Source of the DNA: Candidatus Heimdallarchaeota archaeon B3_Heim | GTDB lineage: Archaea > Asgardarchaeota > Heimdallarchaeia > Hodarchaeales > Hodarchaeaceae | Length of the DNA stretch: 32,000 bases | Direction: 5' to 3' | Assembly (NCBI GenBank): GCA_003144275.1 | Contig: NJBF01000008.1 | Span: 39,232 to 71,231, forward strand | Shown: positions 1-7,601 of the stretch, piece after piece | How the letters are laid out: each line of letters opens with the position of its first letter | Numbering within the stretch: the first letter of the stretch is position 1 | Position numbers and translations under genes: made by a program | Notes under the pieces: generated by a model | Database searches by the model: none | Told to the model about the DNA's origin: nothing | What the model saw: the letters and a program-made list of their open reading frames with translations, nothing else

Positions 1-78
1 GAAAGTACTGGGTATTATAATTAGAAAAAATTGTTTTACATTCATATAGATCATATCCTGGGACGTTTAACTAATTTT

Positions 79-111
79 GGAGGTGAATCTCTATTTCTAG
101 GAGGGAATCTC
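79..111 (+). repeat. Near-perfect direct repeat GGAGG(T)GAATCTC x2, 21 bp start-to-start, in the 5' non-coding region
   Basis: GGAGGTGAATCTC (79-91) and GGAGGGAATCTC (100-111). The pair lies immediately upstream of an AT-rich TATA-like stretch (CTATAAATATTTAATT, about 121-136). Confidence 0.25.
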
Positions 112-277
112 GTTTTATTGCTATAAATATTTAATTAGGATAAAGAGATTAAATTCTTTATTCAGGTTTACCACAATATATCAAGGCAACAAATAAACCT
201 TAAAAGGTTCTATCTTGACGAAACTCTTTTGGGAAATATCATATTTAATATAGACTATACTACGGAAGCCAAACAAA

Positions 278-1327
278 TTGACAACAATTGACATTTTGAA
301 CTTACTCTCCGAACTTGTGGATATTGCAGGTCCTGTTGGACGAGAAGAGGCAGTTCAACATTTTTTAGCAAGTAAATGGGAAAAATTAAACTTTAAAACT
401 GAAATTGATAAGATAGGAAACCTATACGGACGAATGAACGGGAAGGGCCCTCATTGGGCAATCGTGTCACATTCTGATACAATTGGGTTTATTGTACAAC
501 AGATCTTAGCGAATGGCTTCCTGAAAATGGCGTTCAATACTGCTGCGACCACTCCCGACGCGCGATTTCTTGCAGGATCCACTCTACGTTTTCTCACCAA
601 TAACTCAAAAAACATTCTAGGTTACTTCGGATTAAGAAGTGGTCATCTTGCAGGAATTGAGGGAAAGAAAAAAGCCGTTTTGTTTGATGATATGTTTGTA
701 GACGTGGGAGTAAGTTCAATTAAGGAAGTTACTGATTTAGGAATAGATATTGGTACTCCAGCAGTTTTTTATTCATCTGTGCAACAAATTCAAAACAATA
801 TTGTTGGCCCTTCGATGGATAATCGTGTTGGATCGACCATTCAAACTATTCTTGCTCAAAATTTGAAACAAAACAATATTCAACCAAATTTAACGTTGAT
901 TTCGACCGTTCAAGAGGAAATCGGAATGAAAGGGGCAGCTGCTGCAGCTAATAGGGGAGACTTTGATGGAGTGATAAACTTAGATGTGGGGTTAACTGGA
1001 GATATTCCTCCTTCAAAGAATGATTACCTTTCAACTAAACTTGGTTCTGGACCGATTCTTGTTGTGAAAGACTTTTCAATTCACTATTCCCATTCACTCT
1101 TTACAATGATTGCTAAACTCGCAGCGCAAGAAAATCTTCCATTCCAGAGAGCCGTATTCAAAAACTACAACACTGATGGTATGTATTTCTTCATGAATGG
1201 ACAACCAACAATTACTATTTCCGTACCATGTAGATACACTCACACGAACTTTGAAACAATTAAGGTATCTGATGTTCTACATACGATAAATCTCTTGGAA
1301 GCGGTGCTTTCAGCATCCTTGACCTAG
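278..1327 (+). CDS. M42-family metallo-aminopeptidase (TET/FrvX/PepA-like), paralog 1
   Basis: 349-aa ORF with a TTG start (no in-frame ATG nearby). The N-terminus LLSELVDIAGPVGREE and the colinear blocks SHSDTIGF, MDNRVGS, QEEIGMKGAA, NLDVG and PCRYTHT match the metal-ligand blocks of M42 peptidases. They also line up with the second copy at 7602-8666. Confidence 0.85.
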   Translation: MTTIDILNLLSELVDIAGPVGREEAVQHFLASKWEKLNFKTEIDKIGNLYGRMNGKGPHWAIVSHSDTIGFIVQQILANGFLKMAFNTAATTPDARFLAGSTLRFLTNNSKNILGYFGLRSGHLAGIEGKKKAVLFDDMFVDVGVSSIKEVTDLGIDIGTPAVFYSSVQQIQNNIVGPSMDNRVGSTIQTILAQNLKQNNIQPNLTLISTVQEEIGMKGAAAAANRGDFDGVINLDVGLTGDIPPSKNDYLSTKLGSGPILVVKDFSIHYSHSLFTMIAKLAAQENLPFQRAVFKNYNTDGMYFFMNGQPTITISVPCRYTHTNFETIKVSDVLHTINLLEAVLSASLT

Positions 1328-1382
1328 AAAATACATTTACAGAAATGATCATGACAATAAATTTACTATAAATTACCTGCGT

Positions 1383-3095
1383 GTGCTCAAAGTGAATCAG
1401 AATAAAATAATTCTTGTAAAATTGGGTGGAAGCTTGATTACCTATAAACAAGACGAGGATCGAATTAAAGAGTATATACTGATTATTGAACGATTTCGAT
1501 GTGGAGCGGCATCATTAGAAGACTTAACGGCATCAATATCCCATCTCCTGAATACAAGTACACTTAAGGAGATTTTTCGCACACTCAACATCTATATCAA
1601 AAGTAATTCTGCCGCTAAAGTTATCGTTATACACGGAGCAGGTTCTATTGGGCATTCTCTTGTTTTACATCTCCTGAAAACAGAAACAGATTTAGAGAAT
1701 GTCTATCCCGTTATCAAACTTGCAGTTTCCATTCAGAACCAGTTAATTACAGGATTAGGCATCCAACTAGGTCTTAATGCGATTTCGCTTTCGTCTCATC
1801 AAATCATGCTCGGGTATCCCACTGATAAAACCTCATCTCCCCGAATGGATGCAGCGGATTTATCAACCCTAGAAACAATAGTCAGCAATACAGATTCTGT
1901 TCCTATATTTTTCGGAGATGTAGGACTTACTCAGGGAACGCATACGGAATTACTAGGTGAATGGAAAGTCTTCTCTGGGGATTTAGTACCAAACGCGCTT
2001 GCACGAAGTTTCTTAAATTTAGAAATTGAAAAAGTGATATTCTTAACGCAAGTCGAGGGAAAAATGACTGGTATTTACTCAAAAGATCCACGTTTGGCTG
2101 ATTCCGAACTGATTACACGAATTGAGGTAGGATCTCGTGCAAATCGATATTTCAATTCCAATAATCACGAAATCCATTTTCAAAAGAATGCGAGTAAGTC
2201 AAAATATGATGTAACGGGAGCGATGGAAGAGAAATTAAGAAATTTGATAGACTTAGCTTATCAAAATATCACTAGCTGGGTTATTGGGTTTGAAGAATTT
2301 GATAAAGCTTTACGAGGAGAAGCAGTAGGAACTAGAGTACTGCCTGACAAAGAACTTGATACTAAAGTCGTTTTTCTAGGACGAGGAGATGCGTTTGGTT
2401 CAGGTGGATTCAAAAGTGCATCGATCTTTGTTGAACTTAAAAATAAAATTCTTTTACTAGATTGTGGGCCTCATACACTTCAGGCGCTAAAAGCATCTGG
2501 GAGAGATACTACTCAAGTTGATTGGATTGTGATCACCCACTTTCACGGAGATCATTTCGGAGGAATTCCTTATTTTTTACTAGAATCTACTTTTCAAGTA
2601 CAAAGAAAGAAACCTTTGACAATATTTGGGCCTCCTGGAATTGAAAAAGCGGTAAATGATCTGTTCACGACATTGTATAAGCGAGAAGCATCTAAAGCGC
2701 GTCCATTCCCTATTGTATACCAAGAAATTACACCTGATCATTCCTTTGAAGATGATGAGATATCAATAAAAGCATTTTCTATGAATCACACACCAGAGGC
2801 ACAAGGGTACAGGTTACATTGTAATTCCACTATTATTGCTTATACAGGCGATACAGGATGGACGGATAATTTGATCCCATTAATTTCTGACGCACAACTA
2901 GCAATTATAGAATGTAATTTCTACCAAAGTCAATTTGAAACTCATTTAAATTGGGAGGAGATCCTCAAAATATATCACCTAGCTGAGAAAACAGCGGTAA
3001 TTCACTTGGGAGCTGAAATGGTTCCAGAAATAAATACCTTGATTGGAGAAAAAGGACTTTTGATTCCACTAGAAGGTCAAACTATAAGAATCTGA
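1383..3095 (+). CDS. Isopentenyl phosphate kinase-like domain fused to a metallo-beta-lactamase-fold hydrolase domain
   Basis: 570-aa uninterrupted ORF with a GTG start. The N-terminal ~320 aa is an amino-acid-kinase fold with IPK hallmarks (VKLGGSLITYK, VIHGAGSIGHS, YDVTGAMEEKL). The C-terminal ~245 aa is an MBL fold (ITHFHGDHFGG = HxHxDH, then MNHTPE, AYTGDTGW, ETHLNW). Confidence 0.8.
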   Translation: MLKVNQNKIILVKLGGSLITYKQDEDRIKEYILIIERFRCGAASLEDLTASISHLLNTSTLKEIFRTLNIYIKSNSAAKVIVIHGAGSIGHSLVLHLLKTETDLENVYPVIKLAVSIQNQLITGLGIQLGLNAISLSSHQIMLGYPTDKTSSPRMDAADLSTLETIVSNTDSVPIFFGDVGLTQGTHTELLGEWKVFSGDLVPNALARSFLNLEIEKVIFLTQVEGKMTGIYSKDPRLADSELITRIEVGSRANRYFNSNNHEIHFQKNASKSKYDVTGAMEEKLRNLIDLAYQNITSWVIGFEEFDKALRGEAVGTRVLPDKELDTKVVFLGRGDAFGSGGFKSASIFVELKNKILLLDCGPHTLQALKASGRDTTQVDWIVITHFHGDHFGGIPYFLLESTFQVQRKKPLTIFGPPGIEKAVNDLFTTLYKREASKARPFPIVYQEITPDHSFEDDEISIKAFSMNHTPEAQGYRLHCNSTIIAYTGDTGWTDNLIPLISDAQLAIIECNFYQSQFETHLNWEEILKIYHLAEKTAVIHLGAEMVPEINTLIGEKGLLIPLEGQTIRI

Positions 3096-3107
3096 AACAT
3101 CTATCAC

Positions 3108-3350
3108 TTATTTTTTGGTTGGTTCGAGTTTCCAAACAATATTTTTTCTTTTTCCGTCACCTGATTGAACTACACTATAAGAAATTTTTCCATCCATTCG
3201 CATTTGGGTTAAAATCATGGGTATCCTATCGGCACAGTCTTGATTAAAGATACTTACACGATCAACAATTTCAGTAGTAGTAGCTTCATGGAGTTCAAGT
3301 AAAACGACCTCTATCCATTTTTCTGTTCCTGAGGTATCTGGGCCGTCCAT
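3108..3350 (-). CDS. Small (80 aa) putative winged-helix DNA-binding protein
   Basis: The helix / helix / beta-hairpin pattern (KWIEVVLLELHEATTTEIVDRV ... IPMILTQMRMDGKISYSV ... IVWKL) reads like a winged helix. GGAGA lies about 13 nt upstream of the ATG. The gene is divergent from the GTPase gene. Fold assignment is by eye only. Confidence 0.45.
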   Translation of the reverse strand: MDGPDTSGTEKWIEVVLLELHEATTTEIVDRVSIFNQDCADRIPMILTQMRMDGKISYSVVQSGDGKRKNIVWKLEPTKK

Positions 3351-3629
3351 TCTACTTAATTCTCCAATTTCTTTTCTTTCAGAGTAATAGATTATACATC
3401 TTATATTTTATCGTGATCCTTCTGTCAATACCTCGAAATGGTATTTAATACAGTTACCTTTTATTTGAAATAATTTATCAGAGGGAAATGAATACTATCC
3501 ATCATACGATTTCATTAAGACTATATAATGAGAAAAAGGGTAAAAAGTACCAAATTACCGCTTTAGCTCCAATCAAGTAAGTGTATCAAACCTAAGTCAA
3601 ATGATGTAATGATTTTTGGAAGGAAACGA

Positions 3630-4187
3630 ATGGTGAAAAACGAAATTAAGCATGTATTAAAGATACTGTTACTTGGGGACGGGGCGGTCGGAAAAACTTC
3701 ACTAATCTTAAGGTTTATTGAAAATAAATTTAAGGATGAGTATTCAGTAAGTTTAGGGGTTGATTTTCTCACTAAAACGATTACCTTTATTGATGAGGAT
3801 GATATTAAACGAATAGTCTCCTTACAAGTTTGGGACATAGCTGGACAGGCAAGGCATGTATCATACTCCCATCTCTACTTAAAAGGAGCCTTGGGAGCAT
3901 TTTATGTATTCGACCTGACGAGAAAAGAGACTCTTGAACAGATTCAGAATCGTTGGCAGCTTCAGGCCCTTAAAGCATCACCTAATCATTTGGGTATCCT
4001 TATAGGAAATAAAGCAGATTTAATCAAGGAAAGAGCAATATCCAAATCGCAGTTAAAAAAAATTGTCGATAGTATGCACGTTATTGAGATATTTGAAACC
4101 TCTGCAAAGACAGGTAGAAATGTCAACAAAGCATTCCAAAAATTAACAACAGAAATTCTCCGGGTCAAACCAAAAAAGTTCCTGTGA
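3630..4187 (+). CDS. Rab/Ras-like small GTPase
   Basis: G1 LLLGDGAVGKTS, G2 region SVSLGVDF, G3 WDIAGQ, G4 GNKADL and G5 ETSAKTG occur in canonical order. There is no C-terminal Cys; the protein ends KPKKFL. The ORF track starts at 3609, but the ATG at 3630 is preceded by GGAAGGA and gives a normal N-terminus (MVKNEIKHVLKILLLGDG). Confidence 0.9.
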   Translation: MVKNEIKHVLKILLLGDGAVGKTSLILRFIENKFKDEYSVSLGVDFLTKTITFIDEDDIKRIVSLQVWDIAGQARHVSYSHLYLKGALGAFYVFDLTRKETLEQIQNRWQLQALKASPNHLGILIGNKADLIKERAISKSQLKKIVDSMHVIEIFETSAKTGRNVNKAFQKLTTEILRVKPKKFL

Positions 4188-4196
4188 AGTGAAAAT

Positions 4197-4967
4197 ATGT
4201 CTCCATTAACTGAATTTAAAGCAGTAAAAGCTTTTTTCATCTTTGAGAAAGACCAGGGCACTACTTTATTCACACGATCCTATGAGCGAAGTTCAACTGC
4301 TCCTGATGCTCATCTTGTTGTTGCATTTTTAACCGCGATGTTTTCTTTTGCTAAAACTTCATCCTTGAGTGATCTGAAAGTAGTAGATATGACAGACATT
4401 CGATTTTCCTTCATAGAAAAAAATGGATTAATTTTTGCCGTTTTAGTTTCCCCCCTTGTCTCTCCACTTGATATCCAATTTAAATTATCTACAATTGCGA
4501 GTTTATTCTTTTCAGATTATGGAAATCAGTTAAGCTCGATTGATATTGTCGATACAGAAATGTTTTCTGATTTTAATGACTCTGTTGATGAAATTTTCGG
4601 GGGAGAGACTCGGCAAATGCTTAAATCATCAAAAAATGCCGCCTTGTTTTATTTAAAAAAATTAGTTTCCAAGGAAGAAACAGGAGCACGGGGTGCCATG
4701 ATATTATCATTTACGGGAGATATTCTACTTGAGTACAAAATGGACCAACCCCGAATGGCAGCCGCGATTCGTATTTTGAATGTTGGTACGTATATGACGA
4801 ACCTACGTTATTTGGTTGTAGCATCAGAATCAACTAATCTTGTTGCGTATAAAATAAGTGAAGGCCTACTACTTGCGGTCGATGGCCATCCTTCATTCGG
4901 ACTTGAAGATTTAGTTGTCAATGTGTCCGAAACTGTGAAACAAATTAAAGAAATTATTCCTCATTAA
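4197..4967 (+). CDS. Two-domain protein: longin-like N-terminal half + Roadblock/LC7 (MglB-like) C-terminal half
   Basis: The ORF starts 9 nt after the GTPase stop. The N half shows a beta-beta-alpha-beta-beta-beta-alpha pattern (FFIFEKDQGTTLFTRSY / HLVVAFLTAMFSFAK / IRFSFIEKNGLIFAVLVS / FKLSTIASLFFSDYG). The C half resembles Roadblock (GARGAMILSFTGDILLEY ... GLLLAVDGHPSFGLEDLV). Fold calls are by eye, not by HMM. Confidence 0.65.
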   Translation: MSPLTEFKAVKAFFIFEKDQGTTLFTRSYERSSTAPDAHLVVAFLTAMFSFAKTSSLSDLKVVDMTDIRFSFIEKNGLIFAVLVSPLVSPLDIQFKLSTIASLFFSDYGNQLSSIDIVDTEMFSDFNDSVDEIFGGETRQMLKSSKNAALFYLKKLVSKEETGARGAMILSFTGDILLEYKMDQPRMAAAIRILNVGTYMTNLRYLVVASESTNLVAYKISEGLLLAVDGHPSFGLEDLVVNVSETVKQIKEIIPH

Positions 4968-5157
4968 TTATGAATAATTTACCTTTCTTACTTCTTTCAA
5001 GAAAACCATAACAATAGATAATTGGATACCTTGTCTAAGCCGATAAGTATGCGGGAACTAGACAGAAGTTAGTGGATAACTTTTTATTCTTGCCCACCTG
5101 ATAAATGACAATTAACCTACTACATAGTTGTCCAATCTTGCACAAGGAGAGAAATTC

Positions 5158-5895
5158 GTGAAGAAGAGAGTATTGCCTTTAACCACAATCTTCTTATTGT
5201 TTTTGACATATAATGCCATTGTTTTCGCAACAAATAGTGAAGAAACCACTATAATTGTAACAACACAAATTAGTCCAATTGGTCCAATTTTCGATTCAGA
5301 TCTTGACTGGAAGGTAGCTGTTGGGGATAGTATGAGGTATACCTTCACAAAATTATTTGATCTTAACGATTATGATGAAGATGGAAGTCCTTATACGCAA
5401 AAAATTTCGTTTGTAGCAGAAAATGGTTCGGAGATAGAATTATCCATAAGAGAAGGCTCACAACTTCTCTGTGAGATTGTAACTCTCGATGAATATGCAA
5501 CAATTCAGTTGACACTTGATGGTATAAAATCCGAACCTAGTGAGGGGGGTGGTAGTTTTGTTACTAAAACTACTGATAACAGGACATATTGGGAGGAATT
5601 TGCAAAGCAAGCAAATACTGAATTTCAAAATGTAACAGTGGAAGGTAATTTGGTAGTTTATCGGTCTGTTGACAACTGGGATGATAGAACCTATTATTCT
5701 ATGTCTAAAATAAACTGGAGAACTGGTTGGTTCAGTTACATTTACCAGAAAGAGATGAATGGAACACACACCCTAACAGAAATGGAAGTATCTACTGAAG
5801 TTCCTGTACTTACTCCAGGATTCGAAATTTCCCCCTTGCCTGTATCGCTAGTGTTGTTTTCCATCTACATCTGGAGAAAAAGAAGAAAGGAGTAA
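5158..5895 (+). CDS. Secreted / C-terminally anchored surface protein of unknown function with a PGF-CTERM-like tail
   Basis: The GTG at 5158 lies 8 nt downstream of AGGAG (5145-5149) and yields a classic signal peptide, MKKRVLPLTTIFLLFLTYNAIVFA. The track start is a TTG at 5128. The C-terminus is TPGFEISPLPVSLVLFSIYIWRKRRKE (PGF + TM helix + basic tail). Confidence 0.6.
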   Translation: MKKRVLPLTTIFLLFLTYNAIVFATNSEETTIIVTTQISPIGPIFDSDLDWKVAVGDSMRYTFTKLFDLNDYDEDGSPYTQKISFVAENGSEIELSIREGSQLLCEIVTLDEYATIQLTLDGIKSEPSEGGGSFVTKTTDNRTYWEEFAKQANTEFQNVTVEGNLVVYRSVDNWDDRTYYSMSKINWRTGWFSYIYQKEMNGTHTLTEMEVSTEVPVLTPGFEISPLPVSLVLFSIYIWRKRRKE

Positions 5896-6061
5896 CCACC
5901 AAGCACCGATAGTATCGTAGTTTTTTGTTATTCTAATATAATGCGTTCTCTGAAGAACCATTGTTTCAGTTAATATTGGAGATTGAGAGTTTACTCCTCA
6001 TCAGCTATTATGACCTTGATGAGCTTCTTTAGGGACATCTTCAACAAATTATTGAACTCAT

Positions 6062-6826
6062 ATGGTAAGATCAGTCCAGTCGGTCTCCAAGGCAAGAGAC
6101 AAGTGGTGTATGTACATGAGACTGAAAGTCAAAATTCGTTTAGGCTTTTATTTTTTCTTTACTGCAGTGGTTTTTATCTCTGTTTTCTTACCTGAGGTTT
6201 CCCTCTTATTCATTATTGCCCAAAATGTAGAGAATTTTTGGTTGTGGATTGGAATTGCTCTTATTATGCCAGTAACTTACTTTTTATCCATAATCGTTTT
6301 TGGGATACTTCATTCACAGGTAATTTGCAAAGCTTTTCTTCCCCCAATAAAAGCTGGTTCCTATTCGCATGGTTCGGACATTGCATACCTTTATTCTGTT
6401 GCCATTGTTTCACCTAGTATCTTCAAAAGCATGCTAAAAGCCTTTAGTTTTGTACCCCACCTTTATTCATTGCTTATTGGAAAGTTTCTATCACTATATG
6501 GGCTAAAAACTGGAAAAAATGTGTATATTTCATCGGGAACAATTCTTGATTCCCATCTTGTGTCCATAGGTTCAGGGAGTTTAATTGGAATTCGATCAAT
6601 TATATCAGCCCATTTAACGGAAAGTAACAACTTAATTCTATCACCTGTCACTATTGGGAAAAACGTTACTATTGGAGGTAATTCAATAATCACACCTGGA
6701 GCTACAATTGGAGATAATGTTATTATTGGAATTAATTCATTAGTGAAAAAGGATCAGGTTATTCCATCGAATACTATCTATGCTGGAACCCCTGCTGTAT
6801 TTATTCGTGATAATATAACACAATAA
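6062..6826 (+). CDS. Membrane-anchored left-handed beta-helix (hexapeptide-repeat) acyl/acetyltransferase-like protein
   Basis: The N-terminal ~150 aa contains several hydrophobic helices (LGFYFFFTAVVFISVFL, FWLWIGIALIMPVTYFLSIIVFGIL). The C-terminal part carries imperfect hexapeptide repeats (VSIGSGSLIGIRSIISAH ... VTIGKNVTIGGNSIITPGATIGDNVIIGINSLV). The start is ambiguous: ATG at 6062, 6110 or 6116, with GGTG at 6103-6106 favouring 6116. Confidence 0.7.
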   Translation: MVRSVQSVSKARDKWCMYMRLKVKIRLGFYFFFTAVVFISVFLPEVSLLFIIAQNVENFWLWIGIALIMPVTYFLSIIVFGILHSQVICKAFLPPIKAGSYSHGSDIAYLYSVAIVSPSIFKSMLKAFSFVPHLYSLLIGKFLSLYGLKTGKNVYISSGTILDSHLVSIGSGSLIGIRSIISAHLTESNNLILSPVTIGKNVTIGGNSIITPGATIGDNVIIGINSLVKKDQVIPSNTIYAGTPAVFIRDNITQ

Positions 6827-7000
6827 GTAGAACTTTGTCAGTAGAATCAAAAATTATTGGAATTTCCAGAAATTAGTCAGAACTAGTTTGGAATTCGTAA
6901 TCAAAAACCTCAAGAAATGTCATTAATTGTCGTAATACAGTAATTAGAATTAGATATAGGATTTTAAATTACACTTCTTCCGAACTATGAGTGTGTTCAG

Positions 7001-7477
7001 ATGTCAGATGCGTCATTTTTCTTACAACCCCCATTTAGTGAATTTCCTTTCAATACTTTTCCTCAATTAATCGATAAATTAGAATATCTTGGTCGAGATG
7101 AAGAACAAACCCCCTATGAGATCTCCCCTGGAACTGATCTGTGTATCAGTGATACTTATTACTCGTTAGGCTTTTTAACTTATCTTGACTCTTATGGCAG
7201 AGTTCTTTCAGACGGTGGAAAATGGTTCCTTGACCCCAAAGGAAAGCCATTACCTGAAAAACCATACCGTTTTGCTTTAATATCTGATGCTATATTAATT
7301 CTTGAGGAACTATTTGATGGTGCGAAGAGTGCACAAGATCTTCATGAGAAAATATCTAATCTTTCAGAAGAAGAGATCACAAATTATCTGAAAATTTTTG
7401 CCTTGATTACTCAAAAAGGAAAAGTAATACAGGAAGCCAAAGGATGGGACGCATCCTATGTGCTTAAAGATTGGTAG
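7001..7477 (+). CDS. Hypothetical protein (158 aa), possible C-terminal winged-helix-like region
   Basis: Clean ATG-started ORF in an otherwise empty gap, with no overlapping alternative. I recognise no family. The C-terminal ILILEELFDGAKSAQDLHEKISNLSEEEITNYLKIFALITQKGKV is HTH-like. Confidence 0.5.
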   Translation: MSDASFFLQPPFSEFPFNTFPQLIDKLEYLGRDEEQTPYEISPGTDLCISDTYYSLGFLTYLDSYGRVLSDGGKWFLDPKGKPLPEKPYRFALISDAILILEELFDGAKSAQDLHEKISNLSEEEITNYLKIFALITQKGKVIQEAKGWDASYVLKDW

Positions 7478-7601
7478 CTCTTAATTTCCACTAATTCCTG
7501 ACCAGCAATACTTACAAGAAAATCAGTTTCTTTGTAGTTGCGTAATCTTATTCTTTCTAATGAGAAGTAAACCTGATCAGAATAACAATTTAGGTGTTAG
7601 T

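Noticed and set aside
1260-1451. 63-aa minus-strand ORF spanning the M42 / IPK gene junction
   Set aside because: It overlaps the 3' end of one well-supported gene and the 5' end of another on the opposite strand. The sequence is low-complexity with no recognisable motif, so it is a shadow ORF.
3563-4273. Two minus-strand ORFs (3563-3838, 3986-4273) antisense to the GTPase gene
   Set aside because: Both lie inside or across the strongly supported GTPase/roadblock genes. Their Ser/Ile/Phe-rich sequences are typical of antisense frames in AT-rich DNA.
5112-6195. ORFs 5112-5348(-), 5458-5769(-) and 5983-6195(+)
   Set aside because: The first two are antisense to the signal-peptide/PGF-CTERM protein. 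The third overlaps the start region of the hexapeptide-repeat gene in another frame and lacks an SD or any recognisable features.
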